The notes under the pieces were generated by a model that saw nothing but the letters and a program-made list of their open reading frames with translations, had not been told where the DNA came from and did no database searches. From the NCBI RefSeq assembly GCF_026571515.1, contig NW_026858509.1, forward strand, positions 248,001 to 312,000: a DNA stretch of 64,000 bases. The letters are read 5' to 3'. The translations under genes and the position numbers were made by a program. Shown piece by piece: positions 13,101-28,100 of the stretch. Within the stretch, counting starts at the first letter, position 1. The number at the start of each line of letters is the position of its first letter. This DNA comes from Ruditapes philippinarum (Eukaryota).

Positions 13101-16100
13101 GAATTGGTAATATTTAATTTATAAAGAAGTTTAAGAAAATATGGCATGATGGGTGATAAGAATTCTAAATTGAAGACAAAATAAGTACATATGTGCAGAA
13201 GTAGCATGTTTACACATCCACTTTAAGTAATTATCCCCCGCCGATGGAATCGGGAGGGGGATATAGTTTTGGCGTTGTCTGTCCGTCCGTCCGTCCATCC
13301 GTCCGTCCGAATTTCGTTTCCGGAGTAGTTCTCTGCAACTACTGGCTGGAATTCAACGAAACTTTATGGGAATCATCAATATCAAGAGGAGATGTGCATA
13401 TCGTCGGCTTGTTCCGGTTTGACCCTTTAACTCAGAGTTATGGCCCTTGATTAGTTATGTAGTATGCATATAGAGTAAAAATCGTTTCCGGAGTAGTTCT
13501 CTGCAACTACTGGCTGGAATTCAACGAAACTTTATGGGAATCATCAATATCAAGAGGAGATGCGCATATCATCGGCTTGTTCCGGTCAGACACTTTAACT
13601 CAGAGAAATGGCCCTTGATTAGTTATGCAGTATACATATGGAGTAAAAATCGTTTCCGCGCTACTACTTTGCAACTACTGGCTGGAATTCAACGAAACTT
13701 TATAGGAACCTTCAATACCAAGAGGAGATGCGCATATCGTCGGCTTGTTTGGGTCAGACACTTTAACTCAGAGTTATGGCCCTTGATTAGTTATGCAATA
13801 TGCATATGGAGTAAAAATCGTTTCCAGAGTAGTTCTCTGCAACTACTGGCTGTAATTCAACGAAACTTTATGAGAATCATCAATATCAAGAGGAGATGCG
13901 CATATCCTCGGCTTGTTCTGGTCAGACCCTTTAACTCAGAGTTATGGCCCTTGATTAGTTATGTAATATGCATATAGAGTAAAAATCGTTTCCGCACTAC
14001 TTCTCTGCAACTACTGGCTGGAATTCAACGAAACTTTATGGGAACCTTCAATACCAAGAGGAGATGCGCATATCGTCGGCTTGTTCCGGTCAGACACTTT
14101 AACTTAGAGTTATGGCCCTTGATTAGTTATGCAGTATCCATATAGAAAATATTTGTTTCCTCGCTACTTCTCTGCTACTACTGGCTGGAATTCAATGAAA
14201 CTTTATGGGATACTAAGAGGAGATATGCATATAGTCGCCTTGTTCCAGTCAGATACTTATAACTCAGATTTATGGCCTTTGATTAGTTATGTAGTATGCA
14301 TACATCTCATTGGCATTTCCAGATTTTACTATTTAACACAAAGTTATGGCTCTGTTATTGCCCTGAATATTTATCAAGTTCAAAGAATATTACTGTTTAT
14401 GCCATGATTAATATATAAATATAGCCTGATGTCTTCAGTTGTTGTGTTAATAATAACCAGTACTCGGCGGGGGATATAAATTCAACTAATTTGCTTGTTA
14501 GTTATGCATTATGCATATGGAGTAAAAATCGTTTCCGGAGTAGTTCTCTGCAACTTCTGGCTGGAATTCAACGAAACTTTATGGGAATCATCAATATCAA
14601 GAGGAGATGCGCATATCGTCGGCTTGTTCCTGTTTGACCCTTTAACTCAGAGTTATGGCCCTTGATTAGTTATGTAATATGCATATTGAGTAAAAATCCT
14701 TTCCGGAGTAGTTCTCTGCAACTACTGGCTGGAATTTAACGAAACTTTATGGGAACCTTCAATACCTAGAGGAGATGCGCATATCGTCGGCTTGTTCCGG
14801 TCAGACACTTTAACTCAGAGTTATGGCCCTTGATTAGTTATGCAGTATCCATATAGAAAAATATTTGTTTCCTCGCTACTTCTCTGCTACTACTGGCTGG
14901 AATTCAATGAAACTTTATGGGATACTAAGAGGAGATATGCATATAGTCACCTTGTTCCAGTCAGATACTTATAACTCAGATTTATGGCCCTTGATTAGTT
15001 ATGTAGTATGCATACATCTCATTGGCATTTCCAGATTTTACTATTTAACACAAAGTTATGGCTCTGTTATTGCCCTGAATATTTATCAAGTTCAAAGATT
15101 ATTACTGTTTATGCCATGATTAATATATAAATAAAGCCTTATGTCTTCAGTTGTTGTGTTAATAATAACCAGTACTCGGCGGGGATATAAATTCAACGAA
15201 TTTGCTTGTTTTATTGCCAATCACCGTTAGTTTTACATGTTGTTACAGCAGTGGATTGTAGAGCAGTGAAGTGTGCCATGCCAAAAGGATGTAACAAAAC
15301 GGAATGGTTTACGCCAAAAGGGAAATGTTGTCCACAATGTCCCCCAGGTAGTTAACATTTCTAACAAACTATTTGATCATTTGTATGCTCCTTGGATTTG
15401 TCACAACCTTTTTTTAACTGTTAGTTTCTCCCTGATATATTTTGACATGTAATTCAAGGACATTGAAAACTCCGAGAAGATAAAGATATTTTCACAAAGT
15501 GGTACAAATAATGTGTTGAATGTCACAAAGACATTTATTACACATTAAGGAGTTGGCATGACAAAACATATGTTTACATTGCTATTATTTTATGTAAATT
15601 TTAATCACATGATCTGCCATGTCTGATTTTAGATTGTTCGAGAGTTTCATGCTACCGACCACAATGTGATGATCCAATTATGGTAGAAGGTGAATGTTGC
15701 CCGCAGTGTCCTGAAGGTATATACATATACTCTGTATTTTATTATTTTAGCTTGTCTGTTTAGAAGAAAAAGGTCAAGCTCTTATGATTGGTGTGGCATC
15801 GCCATCATTGTGCAAAAACTTTAATGTAGCCCATTATTCAAACATTTTAAAAGTTATCAACAAGAGTCATTGTTTTAGTTTGGTTATTAGTTTATACTAA
15901 TTTATTTTAGTTTGTGTTGAAAACTATAATACCATGTTTTTTTCTGCTTGTTTTTAAAACACAGAGAAATGCAGAGATCATGAGATGATTTGGATGAATA
16001 TACATTCCTTGCTGAAGAAAGTTGCCCTCATATCTTTCTTCCCTATCTCTAATAGAGAAAGCATGTGCCAAAAGTAAGTTCACTTAATTATAATGTTTTA

Positions 16101-19100
16101 AGTTTTATTTTTACTAAATAATGCTTGATTTGTAAATTGGACATGCCTTGCTTTGAATGAGACATTGTAGATCATGTAAGTGTTTTTTTTTTTTATCTGG
16201 GTGCTAAAAATTAAGTAGCCAACAGTGTAGCCTTTAATTTGACTGCACACAAGTGTATGTCAGCCTGTCTTTTTACTAGTAGGATAGGAAATTCACTATC
16301 TATATTTAATCCAAATTTCATAGCTGATAACTAGTGTTAAAAGAACTTCAGCACAACCAGTTTGTGATTTGTTTTTTCAAAAACCAGTTGTTTCTGAGTA
16401 TATAAACAGTCATGTATATAAAGGCAATTTAACATGATTAAACATAAATCATAGCTTTTAATGGTTTTTCATACCTGTATTTTTAGCTCACCTGAGCATA
16501 TGCTCAGGGTGAGCTATTAGGATCACTCTTCCTCCGTCGTCTGTCTTCCGTCGTCTGTCGTCCGTTGTCCGTTCACACTTTTCAAACGACATCTCCTCTG
16601 AAACCATAAGGCAGATCATAATGAAACTTCACAGGGATGTTCCTTGTGTGAAGCCTTAACAAAGTTGTTCAAAGAATTCCATTCCATGCTAAATTCTGGT
16701 GAACCAAAAGGAAAAACTTAAAGAATCTTCTCGTAAAAAAACCAAAAAAGCTAAAGCTTAGATATTTGGCATGAAACATCTTTCTAGTGGATGTCTACCA
16801 AGTTTGTTCAACTTAAAGTCCTAGGCTCAAAATTGGACCAGCCCAGGGGGTCATTGATTTTCCCTATATGCATATAGTAAAAACTTAAAAAAATCTTCTT
16901 TTAAAGAACCCAAATAGCTAGACCTAAGATATTAAGCATGAAACATCTTCTAATGAGTGTCTACCAAGATTGTTCAAATCAAAGCCCTAGGGTCAAAATT
17001 GGCCCCGCCCCAGGGGGTCATTGATTTTCCCTATATGCATATAGTAAAAACTTAAAAAAAAATCTTCTTCTAAAAAACCCAAAGAGCTAGAGCTTAGATA
17101 TTTGGCATGAAACATGTTCTAATGGATGTCTACCAAGTTTGTTCAAATAAAAGCCCTGGGGTCAAAATTGGCCCCGCCCCAGGGGGTCATTGATTTTCCC
17201 TATATGCATATAGTATAAACTTAAAAAAATTTCTTTTAAAGAACCCAAAGAGCTAGAGCTAAGATATTTAGCATGAAACATCTTCTAATGGTTGTCTACC
17301 AAGTTTGTTCAAATAAAAGCCCTGGGGTCAAAATTGGCCCCGCCCCAGGGGGTCTTTGATTTTCCCTATATGCATATAGTAAAAACTTAAAAAAATCTTC
17401 TTTTAAAGAACCCAAAGAGCTAGACCTAAGATATTTAGCATGAAACATCTTCTAATGAGTGTCTACCAAGATTGTTCAAATAAAAGCCCTGGGGTCAAAA
17501 TTGGCCCCGCCCCAGGGGGTCATTGATTTTCCCTATATGCATATAGTAAAAACTTAAAAAAATCTTCTTCTAAAAAACCCAAAGAGCTAGAGCTTAGATA
17601 TTTGGCATGAAACATGTTCTAATGGATGTCTACCAAGTTTGTTCAAATAAAAGCCCTGGGGTCAAAATTGGCCCCGCCCCAGGGGTCATTGATTTTCCCT
17701 ATATAAATAGAGTAAAAACTTAAAAATCTTCTATTAAAGAACCCAAAGAGCTAGAGCTAAGATATTTAGCATGAAACATGTTCTAATGGATGTTTACCAA
17801 GTTTGTTCAAATAAAAGCCCTTGGGTCAAAATTGGCCCCGCCCTAGGGGGTCATTGATTTTCCCTATATTGCATATAGTAATTAAAAACTTAAAAATCTT
17901 CTTTTAAAGAACATAAAGAGCTAGAGCTAAGATATTTAGCATGAAACATGTTCTAATGGGTGTCTACCAAGTTTGTTCAAATAAAAGCCCTTGGGTTAAA
18001 ATTGGCCCTGCCAGGGGGAGGGGGGGCAAAAGTCATTGTTTTTCATTATTTGTGTATAGTAAAAACTTAACATCATGAAACATCTTCTAATGGGTGTCTT
18101 CCAAGTTTGTTCAAATAAAAGCCCTTTGGTTTAAACTGGCCCACCCTGGGGGCCTATGTACAGGTGAGCGACCCCAGGGCCATCATGGCCCTCTTGTTTA
18201 TTTAAATCAGCCATTATCAAAAATATAGGTTTAGTGTCTTAAAATGATGACCAAAATTTAAAGGTAAAAAGTTTCTATATAAGTTCATGTCATTTAGTTT
18301 GACAGCTGGCTAAATTTACAATAGCTTTGAGGCTACCTGAAATTTAGAAAGTTTAAATGCTAAGTAAAACTTAGGTTGCCTTCAGTTCTTTTCATAGTAT
18401 ATATTTTATGAATGTAATGAACAGGGGAGAAGCAATGTTTGAGGAGATTACAGAACTGATTAAAGCCTGTCCAGACAAGCCCAAAAAGAAGCTTGGTGAG
18501 GTGATGGAAAGACTTGAAGGACTTATAAACACCATGGGCTTCTGTAGTAAGGATCCAATGCCGCAAGACTGTAACAAAGACCAGGCAATGATGTGTGTAC
18601 TGGACATGGTACACTCTCTTCTTGAAGCTGAGAAAACTGGATTTATGTATTCCATGTGCTCGTAAGTATATTTAGGAAATAGATATCAATTCTGAGTGCA
18701 TTGTTGTAGAATAATGCACGGTTTGAGTTCAAATGCGTAGTAATATAATCACGAAGGCCGATATGCCTGAGTGATTAATTACAAAGCATTTGAACGAAAA
18801 ACGTGCATTATTATACAATAATGCACGAAGAATTGATATCTATTTCCATTCTAATACGTCAAGAAAAAATATAATTTTTATTATAACGTTGGACTTTATG
18901 TTTGGATGTTGAATTTGTTTTCGCCTCAGAGTTTCCAATAGAAACGTTCTTTAGAGGCCGTTCCAGTGGGTTGAAAAAAAACTGTTAAATCTACCGTTTG
19001 TAGAAACATTTTGAAAATAACGAATTTTGAAAACGTTGATACAATTTTGTTTGTTTATTTATTTCAGTTTATAATTTTCCAAGCGAAATACAAATTATTA

Positions 19101-22100
19101 AAAGTGAAATAAATGTAAAACTAAACTAGTTTGCGACATTAAATAGCGAACTTGATTTGATTGTTTTGCACGTGCTGTTTGGCGCTACATTGTGACGTCA
19201 CGTAAACAACACTTTAAACGTCTGTACAGCGTTAACGACTGAATTAAAGATATTGGTGTTCGGATTAATTTTCTTAGTTAGACCATTTTCTTTCATTCTA
19301 GATAGTTTTCACAACAAAATTCGAAAAAAATTGTTTTAATTTATCAGATTTTTTAAACAAAATGGCGCCTTCAATGTGAAAATACACAGGGAGATAATAA
19401 GAACAGCGAGTGCATTGTTGTAGAATAATGCACGCTTCCGGCCTTCTTTGTCTATATAGAAAAAATTCCGATAGTGTTAGAATTTGATATTTTGTTTCTA
19501 TAAAAGCTTTCTTAAAACTGTAATACAACAGAGTCAAACAATAAGCTTTAAGAGAAATACTATCCGATTTATATCATATTTCTCCCCCACCCCCTCTTAT
19601 AAATCCCGCCCCCTCAAGGTTTGTTTTGTTTTTGAACAACAGCCCTTATTAGGACTACAAATGTACCTCACCCTATCATTATTGTCTCAGGTTACTGTAT
19701 GTTTAATGCTTATTGAACATTCAACAGAGAGTCACCTTTAGCTCAAAGTTTATTTCTTTGGCTAATACTCTTTGGAAATTGCATGGAGGTAAATAATTAC
19801 TATTTTTGTACTTCAAAATTAAACCTTTAAGGGGATGACTCAAGGGGTAAGAACCTTATTAGTCTACAGACAAATATACATGTTACTAAGAATAAAAAAA
19901 TACCATTTCAGTTTCTCTTAAGATGGAAAAATAAGTCCATTGCAGTTTAAATTTATCAATATAAAGGAATAGAAATAAAGAACAACATACATGTAATTCA
20001 TGTTGTACTAATCAGTGGTATGTCTTAAATTTTACATACAAGTTTTAAAGAAAATAAAGAGACCACATGAGAAGTGGAGAAATAAATTGTTTGAAATGCA
20101 ATCCATACAAATGTTTAATACAATATGGTTTTACAATATGTGCTGTATTTTGTGATATTTTCAGACAATCACAGTTGCAAGCAGTATGTGTTGCAAGCAA
20201 TACATTTGGCTGCAAGGCACCAGTTAAACATAGCATTGAAAGCACATTCATGAGTGTGAAAAATATAGTGCATAATAAATGTACCCCACCACCTGATCCT
20301 GAACCAAGCATGCAGTGTACTATTGAAGGAAAGGAGACCCGCAGGTGTAGTGTTAACCTGGCATCTCAATGCATGTACGAAGTCTACAATGACCTCACCT
20401 GTGATAATCCTGACTTCAAAAAAACTTGTCCGTAAGTAATTTAATTTCTAATGAATGATTAAAATACTAAATTGAGTATTTGACTTATCTCACCCTTAGA
20501 AAACAGGACAGGATATCTGGTCTGGAGTTCATAAAAAGTCCTAAGTGTATCCTACATTCTAGGACATAACACCAAATTTAGGACTAATTTAAGACCGTTT
20601 CCATAAACAGTTTTATCTTTTTGTCTTTGAATTTATTCACTTGATTGACAAAAGTTAAAGTATATGATGCCCCTAGCCAATTTGTCAATGTTCATCTGCA
20701 ATTTGCTTCTCTGAAAGTAAAAAAAGAGTCAAAACATAGGAGTCAGAAGTTAGGACATTTTCTTTTTAGGTGGCCCAGATTTGGTCTCAAGAGTTATATC
20801 AGTCTTATGACTTTTTATAAAAGGCAGCTCTGGCTCACATATACAACTGATTTAATGTAGTATTCAATATTCACTAGTGAGGTATATAATATTCAGTATT
20901 CGCTCAAACATCACAGACAAGTATCTTGTATATATCAACTATTTCAATGGTTGAAGATGCTAGATTCTGTTATTTGTGAAGATAATTTGGAAGGCAGCAG
21001 TGTTCACCTCTTTGTCCTGATTCTTATTAAAACAATATCCAACTGAAGATTTAAGATTTATTATTCATTGATTAATTCTGTTTTCATATTTCAGGAAAAT
21101 ACCATTTATGTCAGCTTGTATAGAAAGACATAGTTACTATTGTGATCAGGCAGACAAAGATGTTGTCATGAAAATGAAGAACAGAATCATGTCAAGGGTC
21201 AAAGATAATTGTCCAGAGGTCAAATGTGATGTATGTGAAGCACAGAAATGTATGGACAGACTTCTGAAGGCATCAGATGATGATATGTTTTGCAGGTTTT
21301 TCTTTTCTTTATTTCATATTTTGATTATTCAGGTTTTTTTTAAGGTTTAAATGGTCATTGGTAAACATCTTCATACACACTTATCATTATTACCACATGA
21401 TTTCCAGCGACTTCATAATAGGCTCATGATGTCGGGTGATTTATTTAGTTTAAGCTTTTCATCTAGTGTCCGGCCGGCGTCCGTCCATAAATTTTTACTT
21501 TAAACAACATCTCCTCTTAAACTGCTGAACCATTTTCATCCAAACTTTACAGGAATGTTTAAGGGTGGTCACCTTTGAAATTGTACAAAAAATTGAATTC
21601 CATACGGAAATCAGGTTGCCATGCCAACTAAAAGAAAAACCTTAAAATAACTTCTTTTTGAAAAACCCCAAAGTCCTAGAGCTTTGATATTTAGCATGAA
21701 ACATCTTGTTTACCAAGTTTGTTTATAAAAAAGCCCGGAGGTGAAAATTCGCCCCACCCAGCGGGTCATTATTTTCCTTATATGTATATAGTAAAAACAA
21801 ACAAAAAATCTTCTTTTAAAAAATCCAAAGAGCTAAAACTTAGATATTTAATATGAAACATCTACTAGTGGTTGTCTACCAAGTTTGATCAAATAAAAGC
21901 CCTGGGGTCAAAATTGTATCATTATTCTCTTTCACTCTGTACACAAATTAAATAACTATTGTAACTAATGAGATAGACAGACTTTGGGGGTCATAGGTCA
22001 ATTAATAATTACTTACTCTTACACAGAGTTTGTTATTTTTTTGTTCCAGAGATGCACTTGAGGTAGAGAAATGTGTCAAACAAAGAACAGAGCACTGTAG

Positions 22101-25100
22101 TAAAGAACATGCTGGTGAAATTTGGAAAAAGATGAAATCACTGTCGCAGCGAGTAGAACGAGTCTGTATGGCTAAAATAAACAGTTGTCTTAATGACTTC
22201 ACAGATACTGGTACAAACCTTTATACCTTAATTTTTTATAATAACTTTCAAAACTTTAACCAATTTAAGATCACTCTTAAATTAAGATGTTTAAATTATT
22301 AACCATCTTAATTAATAACTCTTAAAGCTTTAACCATCTAAACATAACTCTTAAAGCTTTAACAATTAAATGATGAATTTTAAAGCTTTAACCATTGTTA
22401 GATAACTTTTAGAACTTTTAACATCTAAACATAGCTCTTAAAGCTTAATCATTAAATGGTGAATTTTAAAGCTTTAACCATTTATGATAACTTATAAAGT
22501 TTAAACCATTGTAGGTTAACTTATAAAGCTTTAATCATTTAAACATACATGTAACACTTAAAGCTTTAACCATTAAATAATGAATTTTTAAGCTTTAACC
22601 ATTGTAAGATAAATTTTAAAGCTTTAATTATTTAAACATAACTCTTAAAGCTTTAATCATTTTTTAATGAATTTTAAAGCTTTAACCATTGTAAAGTAAC
22701 TCTGATAGCTTTAATTGTATTAACATAACTCTAAAAGCTTTTAACATTTTATAGTTAAATGTTAAAACTTTAAGCAATTTGAGATAACTTTAAACCTTTT
22801 ACTATTGTAAGGGAACTCTTAAGCTTTAGCCATCTGAAGATAAATTTTAAAGATTTTGATACATTGTTATAAGTTTGAAAGGGTTATTCATTTTTAGATA
22901 TTTTTTTACTATTAAAGTTAACCTTAATTATATAAGCTACCATAAAAGATAAGTCATTGAATAGTACAATATTATTTTGACTGTATAATTTTGATCAAGT
23001 TCAGTACAGTTTGAATGATGAGTTAATTTAGCTAAATATAATTGTATTCATAGAGATAATATACATTTCCTACAGCTTTGGCATTGATGGTGTATGATGG
23101 TCCAACGTTCATAATAATAGATGATGAAAGTGGTGATAAGGAGGAGGATAATAGCTCTGAGGAAGATGACATGGAAAGTTCTATCTCAGAAAGTGCCACT
23201 TCTCAAAAAAGTTCGAAAGCGAAATCCAAAAAATCTCAAAATAATTCCGAACAGAATTCCAAAAAATCTGAAAATAAATCCAAACAGAATTCCAAAAAAT
23301 CTGAAAATAAATCCAAACAGAATTCCAAAAAATCTGAAAATAAATCAAAACAGAATTCCAAACAGAATTCTAAAGTGAGCTCCAAGGACAAATCAGCTAA
23401 ATCAAGTGCGGGCTCTCAGGAGAAATCCATTTGTAATGGCCAAGAAAATAACTGTGAGAATATTGCATACTTGGATGAACCATGGTGGGATAATAAATAT
23501 TTCAAATTCTTGTTCAGCCCGGTTGGTGAGGTAAGTGATATGGAAGGTGAAGATGAGGATTACAGTGAAAGTTCTGATGAAACTTCAGATATGTCTTCTG
23601 ACACTGAAGGAACATCAAAATCGGCATCAAGGTCAGCTGGTAGTAAAAAAGCATCAAAGTCGGCATCAGGGTCAGCTGGTAGTAAAAAAGCATCAAAGTC
23701 GGCATCAGGGTCAGCTGGTAGTAAAAAAGCATCAAAGTCGGCATCAGGGTCAGCTGGTAGTAAAAAAGCATCAAAGTCGGCATCAGGATCAGCTGGTAGT
23801 AAAAAAGCATCAAAGTCGGCATCAGGGTCAGCTGGTAGTAAAAAAGCATCAAAGTCGGCATCAGGGTCAGCTAGTAGTAAAAAAGCATCAAAGTCGGCAT
23901 CAGAATCTTCCAGCTCAGGTAAATAGGAAAATGTTGATTTTAATCTAAACAAACAACTGTAAAAGAATAAGTTATTCAGCTGAAGGTACAAAAATCAGCT
24001 AACTTTGCTGCTTAGTCATTGATCAAAGTCTTTTGAATCAGGGTCTTTCAAATATTTCTATTTGAAAGACCCTGTTTGAATTTACAAAGTCATTAAAGAG
24101 GTCCAGAATAAGTTCACAGTTAACAGGTAATTATGAAAGTGCTGTTTTTAATCATTTGATCTTTTGATAACAGTCTGTAGAAAAAGCAAGAAATTATTTA
24201 CAGTAGATCTATACTCATGTTTTTAACATTTCTCCAATCATTTTCTTCAAAGTGTGAGTAAAGGATATAGACATTCGATTTTTAATACCTCCTTTTAAAA
24301 AATAGGAGCATGCTGATATCAAGTCAATATGTATGTATGTCACCTCTTCCTTTGCCAATCTCTAACTTATGAAAGGAATGAGCCATGGTTTATGGACATT
24401 GTAACTTGATAGGTACATTTCTCATGGCCAGTAGATGACCCCTATTAATTTGAAAGTCATTAGGTCAAAGGTAAAGGTCATCATGTCCTAAAGCTTGTCT
24501 GACCAGTAATTAGGGAATGCTCCTATGATCTAGTCATGGAAAATAAATGAGCCCAATTGATTTTAAGATCAGTAAGTCAAAGGTCAAGGTCACCATGGTC
24601 TTTAATTGTAAGCTTTCATGCACAGCCTTACTAAAATTTGGTGTGCTGGTTGGACTACATGATGATCCCAATTAATTTTGAGGTCAGTATGTCAAAGGTC
24701 ACAGTGGCATGAACCACTAAAAGCTGAGAATTGTGTAGATCTGAGACAGCTATATTTCACTTTTATATCCCATCAACAGCCTATATAACAAACGGTAAAT
24801 ATTGCACATTCTTTTAATTTACTGTTTAAAAGCATTGAAGAAAGAAAATGCACCAAAGGGCTCCTGAGGTCTTCCTCCACCAGTAAAGCTACAAAGTGGC
24901 CAAATGACATATGCTATGTTAGTGCAACTTTAAACCCAACCAAAAAAGATAACAAAGATATGTGTGTTTAGTTCTGTAGATTTTGCTGAGGTCAATGGTG
25001 CCAGATTGAAAAAAACTTTTATTACTAAAGCTAGACACATTTTACCATAAATTATTTAGATTGTGTTAGTGCCTAAAATTCTTGGTTTACTTTTTGAGAA

Positions 25101-28100
25101 CAGAATAGCACTTGTACAGGATGCATGGTGGCCTGATAATATACTGGATATACTAAACCCAAAGCAAATGTCTCCATAGCATTGGGCCTATTGTAATAGA
25201 GAGCTAATGCACCTTTTTCGTGTATTCACATAAGCATAAGGTTGCATTTAAAGTGGTATTTAATAAGTCCAAGGGCTTCTGTAGATTTTGATGCACAAAA
25301 AAGGCACATTAGCGCTATTCATGCATATAAATATATGACTAAATCAGTAATTCTTTGTTTCATTATCTGTATTTTGTTTTAAGAAACCATTGAATCTATC
25401 CATTAATGCATGATTGTTTTCTTTTCCATTTAATGTATATCTGCGTTGGCAGTTTTTATTCAAGAGTATGTTTTTTAGGAACAAAGAGTACCCCAAAGAA
25501 AGAATGCATGCACAAGCGTCCAGTACCTTTACATCCACATTTGAACAAACTCTGTCTTAGTTTGTATCAGTCATTTAGCTGTGTTGAAAGTCATCTAATC
25601 TTGCTGGACGATGGTATCAAAGAATCTATAAAAATCACCATATATGGCGTCCTTGAATTAGCTAGCCACAAATGTAGAGGTAACAAATTTCTTATTCTTT
25701 GTTTTGTGTTGTTTGGATTTTCTGTCATCACTTTGGTTGACATGAAGTGTAAATACTAAATCAGTCTTTTCAATGTAATATAACATAATATTTGTATGAA
25801 TTTCAAATGATGCATTGGCTAAAGTAACATGTATATGCCTATGAAAACTTTAATTGTGACTCTAATTTAATGATGGAAAAAGATACACTGAATGTAGTAT
25901 GATTTTAAAATGTTTCAAGCAGATTGACCAAACTTAATTTATTGTAAACTTCTTGGTCTGCCAGCTACACTCAATAAGGGGAGCATGGTATTAATAATCC
26001 AGGGATCCTCAGCTGAGGCATTATTTCTCCATGGCAACTGATCTCAGACATTGAGTCTTATAGTCATTTGTCTCTCACCACTGTTTCTGAAACCTTGTCA
26101 AATAAGTGTTTGGCTGCTTGTGAAAAAATTGGTAATAACTGGTTAGTTATCAAGGAAAGCCGATTTAATTGATTGACCTCCAACATTTGACAAAATATTT
26201 ATTAAAATAGTGTAATAGCTAGAAAAACAAACAGTAAAATTCTCAAAACTTATAAAAGAACAAGTCTGTTTCACAGATACAAAATGGAAGGAGTTGACAG
26301 AATGACAAATGATAATGTTTTTCCATTTTCCAGCCTTGCCCCTGCAGTGCCATACCTGTAGTAATACAGATAGTTATGAAGAATGTGATGCTCAAGGAAT
26401 CATGACATGTCCAAATTCACACAATGTATGTATTCTTTTTTACCATCTACCCACTGAAACTGAAAGTAATTAGTTAGCTTTTGCTACAAGTGTAGACAAG
26501 GGCCAGCCTGCATTTCTGTGCAGTCTGACCAGGCTCTATACTGTAGCTCAGTTTTTGAATTTTGATATTGAACTTCCTGTTTTGACTGGTTTGTTCCAAA
26601 TTCAAAAGCAAGGCATTTCCATTACAGAAATTCAGCATCTGAAAGGTTAATCTTTTAAATGCTAGTGACAATAATATTGCAGATAATAAAGAGTTAGAAC
26701 AGCAAGACATTGGTGCAGTCTGACCAGACTCTGTACTGTTGGTTTCTTAATTTCAGAAGCCCTCCTTTTAACTTTTAGCAATGAACATTTTCAGACAGTT
26801 CCATTATATAAATTAAGCATGATGTAATATAGTCAAAATTTGCTTATCTGCTAATACATAATCCATAAAATGGCTGTAAACATTTCCAGCGATATAGAAA
26901 ATATGTGACTTTTTCACAGATTGAAAACTAACATTTTTAATTGACAATGGAATTTATAACAGAAAGATAGCCTAATGAAGATATATACATTCTTTTATGT
27001 ATCAGATTCATCTTTATTTCAGCAATGTATAACATCGGAGAAGTTGAAGGAAAATGGTGAAATTGCTACCATATTTAAGGGTTGTGTTAAAAAGGAGGAA
27101 GATTGTGGAATGGAAGATGGCAGGAAGAAAACATGTTGCTCCACGCCACTTTGTAACAGAGGGCCACTAACTAATGAAACAGATGATAGTCCAGGTATGT
27201 AATTACATATCAGGTGGTCAGTGGATACTTCTTTATTCATCCAGCTTCTTCTTTTATAAATTGTTCACAGAGTTTCATGCTAGGACCTTTTATAGTTTGG
27301 TAACTTTGATCAATCAATGAATTATAGGTTATAAAGTACTACTTGTCAATGTAGACCAGATAACCAGGAAAAAATCAAATAAATCTTTGCAAGTTAGACA
27401 AAGTAAAAAGAGATATGTAATGTTATGTGTTATGAATTATAGAAACTATCTATTTATGTCTACCAAATAAACACATTTAATGTACCTTTTCATTTTTATG
27501 AAATTTCATATATTTATTTATACTTGCAGAACAACCGAAATGTAATGTTTTTTCCAACGCTTACTGTGCATTATCGCTGTCCTCTGGTCTTGTAAAAGCT
27601 GGCCACATGGATTGCAGGTATAGTTTTCAGTTTAACTTCCACTTGAAATGCCATTGCAACTTTTCCCCATCTTTGGTTTTCTTGTATTTATAAGTCACAT
27701 AGGGACAACCTTATAAACTTGTTTACTACACAATTAATAATAGACTTACTCCGAAAATAAGTATATTTTGGATTTTCCCAGCTAATCCGGGGGTACACTG
27801 AAATATTAAAGAAAGATGCTCAGAACTGAATTGAAAGTTAATTTTAAGTGTTAATTCTCAGCCTTATTTAAATATAAAGCATTAATTTAAAAACTCTCTT
27901 TCACTCTCCCTTGTGCAACATCATTATTTACTAGTATTATACTTTTGTACAGATCAATAATAAATATGATGAAATACTATTCACATTTTCTTTTATTTTG
28001 TAACAGATTACTGTCACAATCCTTGGACTGTATCAGCACAATAGATAAGAATTGTTTGAGTAAAGAAGAATCACAAATGTTCATAATGCTCAACCGCCGT

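Noticed and set aside
13244-15119. Repetitive ORFs (147, 92, 84 aa)
   Set aside because: Read-through of 168-bp (multiple of 3) satellite units inside a non-autonomous element.
23514-23991. Minus-strand and alternative-frame ORFs ([13 protein letters not shown]; [13 protein letters not shown]; [13 protein letters not shown])
   Set aside because: Shadows of the 39-bp coding repeat; only the Ser/Lys frame is splice-compatible with neighbouring exons.
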